DNA of 63,514 nt, the filler included, from Octopus bimaculoides (Eukaryota), in assembly GCF_001194135.2 (NCBI RefSeq). It is 7 parts of 7 records of this genome, joined end to end, with 100 filler letters (N's around TTAATTAATTAA, not from the genome) between each part and the next. Parts side by side here need not be neighbours in the genome. Positions count along the whole stretch, not along the records: positions 45,132 to 54,987 come from NC_068995.1; positions 55,088 to 57,474 come from NC_068993.1; positions 57,575 to 62,280 come from NC_068994.1; 4 more parts are not named here. One strand, written 5' to 3'. Of this stretch, positions 45,319-57,606 are shown piece by piece; position 1 is the first letter of the stretch; every line of letters begins with the position of its first letter. The notes under the pieces are model-generated. The model searched no databases, had not been told where the DNA came from, and saw nothing but the letters and a program-made list of their open reading frames with translations. The position numbers were made by a program, and so were the translations under genes.

Positions 45319-45523
45319 ATGGAGAATATTGTAGGACTTTTGCAATGAAAAGCATGTTTACATTTTCGAATACTCAGGGAGAGTCAAAAAGAAAAGAAAA
45401 ACAAGTTGTAGATAGTAAAATTTTTAGTTTTACTAAATATGGTCTGTTGCATGACCGCTCAGACAGAAATGGTAGTGTTCTTAGAATAAAAAGGAGGATC
45501 GTTTGTCTGTTCGAAAGCTGTAG
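45319..45523 (+). CDS. Orphan candidate exon (phase 1 to phase 2), unknown protein
   Basis: Acceptor GTTTGTCTGTCCAG, donor TAG|GTATGT. 205 nt open in one frame (DGEYCRTFAMKSMF...RIVCLFESC). No repeat similarity seen and no family recognised. Confidence 0.4.
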
Positions 45524-45597
45524 GTATGTAAGTTTCCTAACTCACTTTATTTTGAGGGAGAGTTAAAATATTCACAGGAATAAGAATAATCTCCCTG

Positions 45598-45669
<72 letters not shown>

Positions 45670-45672
<3 letters not shown>

Positions 45673-46716
45673 TAGTTTTATTTTTATAACGTGCTTTCAC
45701 TTCACTACCGAGCGCAGCTCTGTGCGCCTTGGGTATGTGCTGTGGTTTGTCTGAATATTTTTTTATTATACCTAAGGCACCTACTATGATAGGAATTGTT
45801 TCTGTTTTTAGATTCCACATTCGAGTTATCTCTATTTCCAGGTCTTTGTATTTTGAAAGTTTTTCCATTTCTTTTAGAGAAACGTTGTCATCTGNNNNNN
45901 NNNNNNNNNNNNNNNNNNNNNNNNNNNNNNNNNNNNNNNNNNNNNNNNNNNNNNNNNNNNNNNNNNNNNNNNNNNNNNNNNNNNNNNNNNNNNNNNNNNN
46001 NNNNNNNNNNNNNNNNNNNNNNNNNNNNNNNNNNNNNNNNNNNNNNNNNNNNNNNNNNNNNNNNNNNNNNNNNNNNNNNNNNNNNNNNNNNNNNNNNNNN
46101 NNNNNNNNNNNNNNNNNNNNNNNNNNNNNNNNNNNNNNNNNNNNNNNNNNNNNNNNNNNNNNNNNNNNNNNNNNNNNNNNNNNNNNNNNNNNNNNNNNNN
46201 NNNNNNNNNNNNNNNNNNNNNNNNNNNNNNNNNNNNNNNNNNNNNNNNNNNNNNNNNNNNNNNNNNNNNNNNNNNNNNNNNNNNNNNNNNNNNNNNNNNN
46301 NNNNNNNNNNNNNNNNNNNNNNNNNNNNNNNNNNNNNNNNNNNNNNNNNNNNNNNNNNNNNNNNNNNNNNNNNNNNNNNNNNNNNNNNNNNNNNNNNNNN
46401 NNNNNNNNNNNNNNNNNNNNNNNNNNNNNNNNNNNNNNNNNNNNNNNNNNNNNNNNNNNNNNNNNNNNNNNNNNNNNNNNNNNNNNNNNNNNNNNNNNNN
46501 NNNNNNNNNNNNNNNNNNNNNNNNNNNNNNNNNNNNNNNNNNNNNNNNNNNNNNNNNNNNNNNNNNNNNNNNNNNNNNNNNNNNNNNNNNNNNNNNNNNN
46601 NNNNNNNNNNNNCTTCTGTGCGTTGTATATATAGCCTTTCTATGTCAGATTTTGGGTGGTGCATCCTATATCCTGTCATTATTTTTCTTGTTTTCCTGTC
46701 TATTTTACATAGTTCG

Positions 46717-46718
<2 letters not shown>
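45670..46718 (-). mobile_element. 5'-truncated R4/Dong-like retrotransposon flanked by (TAA)n on both sides (gap 45895-46612)
   Basis: NELCKIDRKTRKIMTGYRMHHPKSDIERLYIQRTE before the gap and EKLSKYKDLEIEITRMWNLKTETIPIIVGALGII after it. (ATT)n at 45598-45669 and (ATT/ATC)n at 46718-46890. Confidence 0.9.
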
Positions 46719-46784
<66 letters not shown>

Positions 46785-46818
46785 CATTATTATTATTATC
46801 ATTATCATTATTATTATT

Positions 46819-46874
<56 letters not shown>

Positions 46875-47363
46875 TATTATTATTATTATTAGTGCACTTA
46901 CTAGACAGCGGTGTTTCTTTCCGATAAAGATTTCCTTCAACAAAGATTTCTTTCTGAAATAACTTTCGACAGATCAAAAAGTTTGTTTATACTAATTACT
47001 AAGCTATTTTCAGATTTTCAGTAGTTTTTAGATAAAATACATGGGTAGGGACTTATAATTATATTTCAAACATTTTAAATTTTTCAGCAAAATTACTTGT
47101 TTCATTGTCATTTAATCAGCACGTCTCGTGGAATGTAAAAGTCATCTAGATGTTCCTGCTATCATGATACCTTTACCACTAAGACGCTCGTGCTGCCTCA
47201 GCGGATCTTATGAAAAATATACCTGCTATACTATGGTTGACTAATATTTTTGTAACAGACATGCTGGTACAACTAGACAACGTATTTGGTTAAACAAGAA
47301 GAAAGAAAAGAGATGATCAATATTTTTTGACATCCCTATGAATGATATCGAAAGAGTAAGTGT

Positions 47364-47716
47364 AAAGGATAAAGAGTAAAGAGCCCCGTCGGTAACGAAT
47401 GACCATGAGATTGCACCTAGAATGTTCCCCTCCGGGGCACAAGTCCAGGCAAGATTGCTTGAAGAAGACCAGCGGTCACCCACGCATACCAGTCTCTCCT
47501 CTTCACGTCACTGATGTTCTCCACGATAAAGGCAAAGGTCGATACAGCTTGGCACCAGTGATGTCGCAATTCATCTCTACAGCTGAGTGAACTGGGGTAA
47601 CGTGGAATAAAGTGTCTTGCTCAAGAACATAATAGACTGCTCGGTCAGGAATCAAACTCACAACTTCACGATTATGAGCCCGACGTTGAGAACTGAGCAC
47701 TGAGCCATGTGCTTTC
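47364..47716 (-). mobile_element. SINE-D head with a third type of 3' tail; a tail-only copy lies at 51228-51375
   Basis: Head GAAAGCACATGGCTCAGTG...GAGTTTGATTCC...TTCTTGAGCAAGACACTTT, tail ...GTCATTCGTTACCGACGGGGCTCTTTACTCTTT. Confidence 0.85.
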
Positions 47717-48695
47717 ACAAATGGAAAGAGTAAAGAAGTTAGCATATAGACAATGTTGACGTGTAAATGGTGGAGATGCGGGAGCTTCTACAGAACCTGA
47801 ATAAATTGGAGAAAATTTGAAACAAAGTTATCTTATCAAGAGCGTTTAAACGGTCTTACGTGAGATTTATCTCTGCCTCAAGGAAAGACAGAGCTTCATA
47901 GTACAAAGCTAAAGGAAGATAGCTTACTTGACCAAAATATACAAGTGAGTCCCTATCGATAGAGAAATATTTATTTGACATGTCATTGTTCGCTTTGTTA
48001 TTGCAATGACATCAATGAACTTTTCACAAATTTGCCTCAGTTGCATCTAGTCCTTTCATTAATACACCACAACCAACGCTTGAAAACAATTCTACAACAT
48101 AATAGTAATGTAAAGTCATGCACCCCATTGATTACTATTTCCACCTAAAACAGACATATGATAACATTACTGAACCGCTTGATACTAATCTCAATAATAT
48201 TGCCATGGTAGTGAGAATGGAAACAGGATTTGCAAAATACTATTGTTTCTTGTTTGTAGACAGCTGGCTAGCTTGAATCACTATATCAAATGTGTCCGGC
48301 CATTAAGGTCAAAATATGTCAAAGAATGAGCAACATCCAGTCTATTCCGTTCACTAAAGCTTTAAGTACACGAAGAATATACTGCAACCATCATTCCAAT
48401 TTATACTTAGGTTAGTATTTTGTCATAGCAATGAATAGTCAACTCAAGACGTTTTCCGTGCCTTTCTTCAGTAAAGAAATATCTGTCGAGGTCACAAATC
48501 AGGCAGATTTTTTTAAACATTTTGAACTTAAGCATATTGAACTGAATATATTTGAATTAAAAGCTTGGTTGATTTTTAAATGGTTATGCAGAAACTATAA
48601 TGTACGTGATCTGATCAATAAGTATCTGGATTGTTGCTATAGTAACGAAGCTAAAGCACACAAAATAAAGCCGCTGGGCACAGATTGACTGTGAA

Positions 48696-49330
48696 CTCTG
48701 CTGTGCATATGCATTAAGTTTTAACGTTCTAGCTCAGAGAATCTGCATCAAATTTTGTCAAAAGCTTGGCGATACCTGCTCAGAAGCCTGCGCAGAGTTT
48801 TCAAAATGTTTTCCTTCTTTCTCGACACAGTCAAGGAGATCTTGGGCAACTGAAACCCGAGTGTCTTCTTGTTCAGATGAAAGCAGTTTTGGCACAAACT
48901 TGGCAGACACGCGTCTCATACCCAAATCTTCAGTGGTAATGGACTGAACTGAACCTTAACTAATCTGCACATCCTCTGATAACAGATGGTGATTCGACGA
49001 TTTCCTCTCACAGCTGCACGCACATCTGCCATGTTTTTCTCACTTCTGCTGGCTCCGACTCTCCCAGAACGTTCGTCAATATCGACATTTTTTCGGCCAT
49101 TTTGGAAACGTCTGAAATATTCCTACACTTGTGTGCGGCGGTTCATACACCCCTCTCCATACACTTTCTGCAACTTTGCGTAGGCCTCTGAACAGGTATC
49201 ACCATGACAACTCTTCCTGTCGTAGTCAATGCGACGATCACACGCTACACACCTTTCTTCGAAGCACTGCTGTAAACAGCAGAAGTGAGCTAGAACGTCA
49301 AAATTTAGTGCACATGCACAACAGAGCTGA
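48696..49330 (-). mobile_element. Mariner 5' end and transposase N-terminus (minus, about 49200-48815) facing an inverted plus-strand copy of the same 5' end (48696-48808)
   Basis: Minus: GDTCSEAYAKLQKVYGEG...FRRFQNGRKNVDIDERSGR...LGMRRVSAKFVPKLLS. Plus: RICIKFCQKLGDTCSEA. The leader CTCTG(C/T)TGTGCAT...ACGTTCTAGCTCA is shared. Confidence 0.85.
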
Positions 49331-49929
49331 AGGTCAATTTTTGATATGCGGCTTTACACTGCATGCTTTAGCTTCGTTACTATGGCAACAGGCCGGATAT
49401 GTGTATAAACTCAATTAAAACGAAAAGCAGTCTGGCAAATCTGCAATACAAGAACAAGACAAGCGCTGATCAACTGGATTAATCAATCAATAAAAAGTGC
49501 AACAATATAGCGGTTGTTGATCATTTAGCTTCGATGTAAATAGTAAACAGTGATTACACCAGTACTTTTATTTCTCTGTGAGCAGGGAAAAAGGATCATA
49601 CTGAGAGATTACACGTCTTCTGTCCACGGAAAGATAATTAGGCTGTAAATTAGGACAGGTCTAAACCGATCAGTAGATACACTGACATGTATTAGTTACT
49701 TAATTAATTAATTAATTAAATAATTAATTAATTAATTAGTTGATTAATTAAATTAATTGGGCACTATAAAGTTATTTGGGCTTATTTGACACGTAAGATA
49801 TAGCTTTTTAATAAATATGCAATTTAGCTTAACTGTGAAAAGTATGTACTTTACTGTATATGCATATATGTATGAGTATATATGAAGGTAGTCTGTTTCT
49901 CTTAAAGCTTGAACAGTTTTTGTTAAATA

Positions 49930-50510
49930 TGCTTTTTACGTGCATGAGCACTTAAATGGCTTCTGGGTCTCGAGAGCTATTTGAAAGTTGTATTTACAAG
50001 CTGGGCAAATATGTAGCACAATGTCGAGTAGCGCAATGACGTTTGTCTTGTCTGATTTACGAATATTTAGATGCCTCTTTAGACCATCGCAAGATTTGCA
50101 TATCTTATTAAAAATATGGCAAATGAGCATATCTGCTGGAATGATATTTGTGTCATTTGGATCAGCTGTATGTAGATGAGTTCTGAGATGTGAAGTTGAG
50201 CCAGACTTTGAGCAAATGAAGGATGACACTATTTCTGTGTTTAACTAGATGTTACTTTCAATAATTATCTTTCGTTTTTGCATACTTTAGTTGGTTTTTA
50301 TTCTATTTTTTTCAAAATCGTTTACCTTGGACCAGTTCTTTTTTCGACATTTATTTCAACAGCAATAGATTCAGCATTATTGTAGGAGATGTTCTTTATA
50401 TCTTTTTTCTTTTCAGTGAGTTCACTTCCCAACAGACAGCTAACCATAAAAAACCTGCTTAGGGATGCGTCCATCGCCCATCCGAATTAAAATGCCGGTG
50501 CAATGATTGG
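49930..50510 (-). mobile_element. RTE-like LINE 3' end with three decayed C2H2-like zinc fingers
   Basis: TGILIRMGDGRIPKQVFYG*LSVGK...KRYK (RTE ORF2 C-terminal motif). It is followed by FICSKSGSTSHLRTH, CHIFNKICKSCDGLKRHL and, with one frameshift, ICPAC.TTFK*LSRPRSHLSAH. Confidence 0.75.
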
Positions 50511-50689
50511 AAGCCAATAGAGGACTTACGAACATTTTCGAAACAGTAATACAAAAGTATATGTTGTTCAATTCACTTTGTTCAATATAATGTGTACATA
50601 TGTATGTGTGTAAGAAAGACATAAGCATAGAGGAAGAGCCAAAAGGTCAATATTCTTTAGAGAAAGGAGTGAGTTAATACTTATTACTC

Positions 50690-51110
50690 GATCTGGGTGA
50701 TGAAACACGAATTGAGTGATATGAGAGGAAAAAACAAGTGAACTGGAAGCGCCTGAATGCCAGTGTGGCGCAAGATTAGTCACTTCAGAGGAGCAGAAGT
50801 CAGTGTAATGGCGACAGAAAAGGGAGAGTGTGGAGACAGGACTTATATTGGTAAGAGACTAGAGCGTATCTGTGAATGACCTTTATGCGTATCAGTCAAG
50901 GAGCCATACTCTAGTCGAGAATGTCTGTACTTGTAAAGCCCGTACCGTCCCAGATGCTGGAGTATTGTTCCAATGTCGACAACACTTGACCTTTGTAGGA
51001 AGTCAGTAACCGTTGGTAGGTGGTGAAGCCATTTCTGGCTCTAAAGAGAAGATCCAGTCTTTGAGATGAGTTCCTAGTTGCGTTAAGGTTGTTCTCTCAG
51101 TAATAGTGAT
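50690..51110 (-). mobile_element. Jockey/CR1-like LINE RT C-terminal remnant
   Basis: RLDLLFRARNGFTTYQRLLTSYKGQVLSTLEQYSSIWDG resembles the LG.L.R....F....L..LYK..VRP.LEY.S.IW motif. Confidence 0.7.
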
Positions 51111-52184
51111 TCCTCATATTTGTTGCGATCTCAAAGGATCAATTTTTATGCTGGACTTCTTTAAAGGAGGATGAGATGCAATAATGTTTTCTTGATATGA
51201 GCAGTGATTTTCACATTTTGCCTGCAAAAGAGTAAAGACTCCCTTCGGTCACGAATGACAATGGGAAAGTTCTCCTCCGAGGCACAAGTCTGGGCAAGGT
51301 TGTTTGTGGAAGACCAGCAGTCGCTATGCACACCAGTTTCCCCTCTCAACGCCACCGATGTTATCCAAGGGAAATGTATTTTGCTTGAATTAATTAATAA
51401 ATCGTTGTAATCTTGATGAAGTTGTTACAGTAGTTGTCATAAGTGACGAAATTCTTGTGAATGTTATTCCTGTCCTAGCTGCTGTTGCAAAATTATACAT
51501 GTTAAAATCTTGGGATAGTTTAACTGGTTGAATTCAGTTAACTTGACATTTACTAAACAGATGGATATAAAGGTTAACGGAAGTATTTTGATAGATGAGG
51601 GTAGAATAATGTTAATTAGATAATAATGATTTAATTAGTTGATTGATTCAGCGAACAAGACCACTTAATTGGTTTAATTGTGAAGAGATAATCTGATTGC
51701 TGGAGTAGAATAATTTAATTAAGAAACGATAGGTTGAATGACCCGTTACATGTAAACAGGCTATCTTAATGAACTAATAATTATACTAAGCGCCTAACTG
51801 GTACGACAAGACAAGGCTAATTAGGTACTGATTTGGGGGACAGTCTGATTAGCACGAACGATTGAATCGAATGCGTCTAATAAAAGTTAATTCAGTTCTA
51901 GCAGACAACATGTTTGATTACTTCATCGTGATATGCAGAAGCATGTAAACTTATTGTGAACCCTAAGAATCACTTACAGGTAGACAATGAAGTGAAAACA
52001 GAAAATAATATTTGCAGAAAGTAATTATAATTTTAGGGTATCAGCCTACTGAGACAAAACCTTTGGTAATATAACTCTGTAATCTGCTTGATCTATCTGC
52101 GATATCGGTGCATGATTTCTACATGTTTGTGCGTATTTGTGAGTATGTGTGGGTGCGTGTGTTGGTGTATGTGTGTGTACATAC

Positions 52185-52215
<31 letters not shown>

Positions 52216-52541
52216 TGTATGTATGTATGTATGCCTATATTCTTATAGTGAATTCTATCTCCGAACAAGTACGAGGGAATTTATATATATGTAAGAATAA
52301 TGTACCTGAAGCAACATGGTCGCCGTTTAAATCAGAAATGAAATCGTAATCATGCAGGATTATGAAAACAACATTTTTTTGTGGGAGTAGGAAGGCAGGA
52401 GCTAGTTTCGCTTTCTAAATACCAGGTGTTGTAATTACGGAATCGCTACATATGCAAATGATATGTGACGTGTATACATATATATACGTGTGTTTGCGTT
52501 TGTGTATATATATATATATATATATATGTGAGTGTGTGATA

Positions 52542-52573
<32 letters not shown>

Positions 52574-53039
52574 NNNNNNNNNNNNNNNNNNNNNNNNNNN
52601 NNNNNNNNNNNNNNNNNNNNNNNNNNNNNNNNNNNNNNNNNNNNNNNNNNNNNNNNNNNNNNNNNNNNNNNNNNNNNNNNNNNNNNNNNNNNNNNNNNNN
52701 NNNNNNNNNNNNNNNNNNNNNNNNNNNNNNNNNNNNNNNNNNNNNNNNNNNNNNNNNNNNNNNNNNNNNNNNNNNNNNNNNNNNNNNNNNNNNNNNNNNN
52801 NNNNNNNNNNNNNNNNNNNNNNNNNNNNNNNNNNNNNNNNNNNNNNNNNNNNNNATATATATATATATATTTGTAATAGTAAATAAAACCTAAATTGTGA
52901 TATTTTAAAATCATTTAACACGTACGTTTCAGGTTTGCGTAATACACAATAGGAAGTGCATCCGTTACGTAAACCCCATTCAGTTAAAGCGTTCAAACGT
53001 TTGAAACGCTTTATCGATAGGTTATGGGGACATAAGCAA

Positions 53040-53300
53040 ACCAACAACGTTTGTCGGGGACAAACACAAAGACCCACAAACACACATACACATACATGCA
53101 CACACATGCATACATACACATATACATACGTACATATACATAACTGCTTCTTTCAGTTTCAGTTTACCAAATCCACTCATAAGACTTTAGTTAGCCGAGG
53201 ATTACACTATAAGACACTTGCCCAAGGTGCCATGCAGTGGGTCTAAATATAGAACCATGCGTTTTGGAAGCAAAACTACGTACTACAGAGAAGCGCCTTT
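53040..53300 (-). mobile_element. SINE-B 5' half
   Basis: CCAAATCCACTCATAAGACTTT...ACACTTGCCCAAGGTGCCATGCAG. Confidence 0.8.
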
Positions 53301-54925
53301 GTATGTATACATACATACATGTTGTATGTTTAAGTGTATATACATACATATGTGTGTGTATGTGAGTATGTGTGTCTATTTAAATGATAAATGATACACC
53401 GCACGTGTAAACATTCTCCTTTCTTAAAAACGAATCTCACTTTTTTTATGAATCTGTATAAAATGTCTTATATTTCAAATAGTTTTTACATATACGAGTT
53501 GTTACCCTATTCTTCGATGCTGAATCTCCTTCATCTCTTAAGAAGGAGACAAAAAAGAAGAATGTTTTGTGCATCATCAAATACTCAAGCGTTGACAATT
53601 TGGCCTAACTCTGGTTTAGATTATGGAAACTTAAAAAATGAAATGGATAACACATCACATATATGAGTGTGTGTGTACGTGTGTGTGTGTGTACGTGTGT
53701 GTGTGTACGTGTATGTGTGTATGTTGTATGTGGATAAATGCATGAATATGTGTGTGTATGTATATGTAAGTATATATATATATNNNNNNNNNNNNNNNNN
53801 NNNNNNNNNNNNNNNNNNNNNNNNNNNNNNNNNNNNNNNNNNNNNNNNNNNNNNNNNNNNNNNNNNNNNNNNNNNNNNNNNNNNNNNNNNNNNNNNNNNN
53901 NNNNNNNNNNNNNNNNNNNNNNNNNNNNNNNNNNNNNNNNNNNNNNNNNNNNNNNNNNNNNNNNNNNNNNNNNNNNNNNNNNNNNNNNNNNNNNNNNNNN
54001 NNNNNNNNNNNNNNNNNNNNNNNNNNNNNNNNNNNNNNNNNNNNNNNTATATATATATATATATATATTGTTGTACTTGGGGATGGTCATATTGTCAGTT
54101 TATCCAATAAAATATATATATATATGCATGTATATATACCGATACGTATACATATATATACATATACATGTGTGTGAGTATGTTTTACATATGTGTGTGT
54201 GCGTGCATGTATGAACATTCTTTTATTCTTTTTTCATATGCATATACACACTTTACCGGTTTCACATTTGTAAGATTTTTAAACGTGTATGTTATAGTGA
54301 GCGTCGAGATCTGTTGCATAATACATTTTCAACTTCATTTACTTCTCTTATGCTATAACTTGTATGGATTAGTAACGATTTTTCTACATGCGTACATACA
54401 TATTTATGTGTGTATGTGTATGTGTATCTGTGTGTACGTCTCTGTGTACCTGTGTATGTATGTCTGTGCATGTATGTATGTATATTTATGTGTGTGTGTG
54501 TGTGTGTGTATGTGCACATATAATGTGCATATAAACATATTTACGCATACACAAATATGTGTCTTTTGTCTTCAATAGAATTCACAGATGCTCCTATGTT
54601 AACATAGCTACGAGGCAGATAACATTTTGATGCTATTCGGTATTCGTTGTTAAGGCTCTTATATCTCGCCATGTCAATTTACAAGTTGCTCAACATAATT
54701 TAAAACAAGTTTTCTCTTTAATTTGCTTAATGTCTTTAAAGGTTGGATCTGCTTCTTTACAATTTTTGCAACTCTTATTATTATCTGTAAATGAAAAGTG
54801 CAGATAGTGACTAAATATTGTCCTTGTCTCTCCTATGTGTATGTCTCTCAATTTCTATCTCTCTCTTTCACCACTTCTCTGTGTAACACACATACACAAG
54901 TACACATGCATGCAAATGTGCATTT

Positions 54926-54987
<62 letters not shown>

Positions 54988-55187
54988 NNNNNNNNNNNNN
55001 NNNNNNNNNNNNNNNNNNNNNNNNNNNNNNNTTAATTAATTAANNNNNNNNNNNNNNNNNNNNNNNNNNNNNNNNNNNNNNNNNNNNATACATATATATA
55101 CATATGTATATTTAATATATATATATATATATATATATTTAATATATATATATATATATATATTAAATATACATATGTATATATATG

Positions 55188-55224
<37 letters not shown>

Positions 55225-55677
55225 ATACACTCATTCATAAATTCATACATTCATACATATTGTATGTCTGTAGAATGATAGATGGCTATAGATAGATAAG
55301 TATATATATGCGCATACATGATACGAACATGTGAGTGTGTGTGTGGTGTGTGTGTGTGTGTTTGTGTGTGTGTGCATGCGTGCGTGCGTGTGTATGTGTG
55401 TGTGTATAAATACAGAGTCAGATAGACAGAGAAATATGAAGGAAAAGAAATAATTAGAGCGAGGAGAGGAAAGAAAGAGTAATGATTGATATGGATGCGC
55501 CTCTCTCTCTCTCTCTCTTTCACTCTCTCACTTCCCCTCTCTCTCTCCCTCTCTCTCCCCCTCTCTCTATATCTATCTATCTATCTCTCCCCTCTCTCTT
55601 TCTCTGTATGCCTCTGTGTGTGTGTGCGTATTTACGTCTATATTTCTGTCCATGTATCTCTAAGTGGTGTTTGCGCT

Positions 55678-55722
<45 letters not shown>

Positions 55723-55766
55723 NNNNNNNNNNACACAGACATACACACATATATGTACATACATAT

Positions 55767-55826
<60 letters not shown>

Positions 55827-56299
55827 ATATGTATGTTTGCACATATACATATATGTCTGTGTACGTGTGCAAGTGCGTGCGCGCGTGCGTGTGTGTATTT
55901 GTGTCTCTGTGTGTGTACGCGCCTGTGTGCGTGTCTTCGCTTAATCTGCCATAAACAACGACATTTCATTGGCTTTGTCTGCTCACGAATACACAGCTAA
56001 GGTTACACTCGACAAACAATTATCTGACAAAAAAAAGAAAAGTACAAAACAAATCGCAAACGTTCTGAATAACCGAGGTGGACGACCTCCAGATGTCGCT
56101 TCTTAAAGTAGCAGCTTACCAACTGTTGCTGCGTTTCTTGTTGTTGCCTTTTGATTTAGCAAGAGTACAAGCAACACCGAAATGGTTAGGAGTTCGCCCC
56201 TTATTCACGTGGTACCGTGTAGGCTGGCATTGCTGCTTCTGCGAATATAGTCCGAAGATATTCTAATAATATCGTCTTTCTCTTGGCAACGGTAATTCC

Positions 56300-56730
56300 T
56301 TTTCCACTCTTGGCACAAGGCCCGAAATTTTGGTGGGAGGGGGACAGTTGATTAGATCGTCCTCAGTACACAACTGGTACTTATTTTATTGATCCCGAAA
56401 AGGATGAAAGGCAAAGTCGACCCTCGGTGAATTTTGAACTCAGAACGTAAAGACAGACGAAATACCGCTAAGCATTTCGCCCGGCCTGCTAATGTTTCTT
56501 ATTTCTTTATTGCCCACAAGGGGCTAAACATAGAAGGGACAAACAATGACAGACAAAGGGATTAAGTCGATTACATCGACCCCAGTGCGTAACTGGTACT
56601 TAATTTATCGACCCCGAAAGGATGAAAGGCAAAATCGACCTCGGCGGAATTTGAACTCAGAACGTAACGGCAGACGAAATACCGCTAAGCATTTCGCCCA
56701 ATGTGCTAACGTTTGTGCCAACTACCCGCC
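56300..56730 (-). mobile_element. Two SINE-A variants joined head to tail (56300-56498 and 56499-56730)
   Basis: The first copy lacks its outermost head. The tail TTATTTCTTTATTGCCCAC of the second follows directly after GCTAATGTTTC. Confidence 0.88.
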
Positions 56731-57069
56731 TTAATGATAATAATTAAGTAGATGCGCATTCATCAACCGCTTGAATAGACACATCGACACCCAGGGGTCG
56801 ATATCGCGCATTTTGCAGAGACCCCTGGTTTAGCTAATCAAATTAACCCCAGTTTATTTGTTAAGTCTGGTACTTATTCTATAGGGATTAAGGAAAGATG
56901 CACGGAAACGCAAACAAACACCAGTTGCTGAAAGGCAAACACTAAGACGGGTGTATACACACTTATACAAGCATTCATACACATATATGCAAATACATAT
57001 ACATATACATACATGCCTACACATATATTTATTATTTTTGAATGACATGCAGCACGACATAGTGAAGTA

Positions 57070-57221
57070 TGTTTGCCAACTACATGTAGCTGATCCATAT
57101 GGGACGATTCTACTGTTGTTTATAGCCCCAGGAAGATATCGCCTCCAGTTGGCTAATGACACACTGTGTCCGATCAATATTTGCGAAGGGACATCATTGT
57201 TCCCATGTGTACTTTTACGTG
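57070..57221 (-). mobile_element. Body downstream of the hammerhead, related to the family-E SINE 3' region
   Basis: GTGTCATTAGCCAACTGGAGGCG..TCTTCCTGGGGCTA..CAACAGTAG...TAGTTGGCA aligns by eye with GTGTCAAGGCCAACAGGAAGCGG..GCTTCCTAGGGCTA..CAACAGTA...AAGTTGACA at 19590-19690. Confidence 0.6.
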
Positions 57222-57276
57222 ATCCACCCGGACCCGGGTTTCTGGGTAGCAACCCGTCATCAGCGTGGGTAGCAAC
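57222..57276 (-). ncRNA. Minimal type I hammerhead ribozyme motif
   Basis: Minus strand reads ...CCCACG CTGATGA C-GGGT-TGCT-ACCC-A GAAAC CCGG GTC CGGGTGG. Core boxes CUGAUGA and GAAA and the GUC cleavage triplet are intact, stem II has 4 bp and stem III is the palindrome ACCCGGGT. The 10.1-11.1 pair is a C/A mismatch and stem I is imperfect. Confidence 0.65.
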
Positions 57277-57574
57277 ACACACACACACACACACACGCGC
57301 AATAGAACTATTCCTCTGAACATTTTCCTGAAATCTAGGATCCGTCTCTAATCCACAAAGTGAAAATCAACTCATTTTAGCCTTGATTATCAAAATGGAA
57401 ATGAGAAATTGTAAAAAAAATTTGGAAAACATTTCTTTACAACCTAAATAAAATTCCTTAGTAAAAACAATTACNNNNNNNNNNNNNNNNNNNNNNNNNN
57501 NNNNNNNNNNNNNNNNNNTTAATTAATTAANNNNNNNNNNNNNNNNNNNNNNNNNNNNNNNNNNNNNNNNNNNN

Positions 57575-57606
<32 letters not shown>

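Noticed and set aside
47760-47944. Exon-like segment ending CAA|GTGAGT
   Set aside because: In-frame stops in all frames and no clear acceptor.
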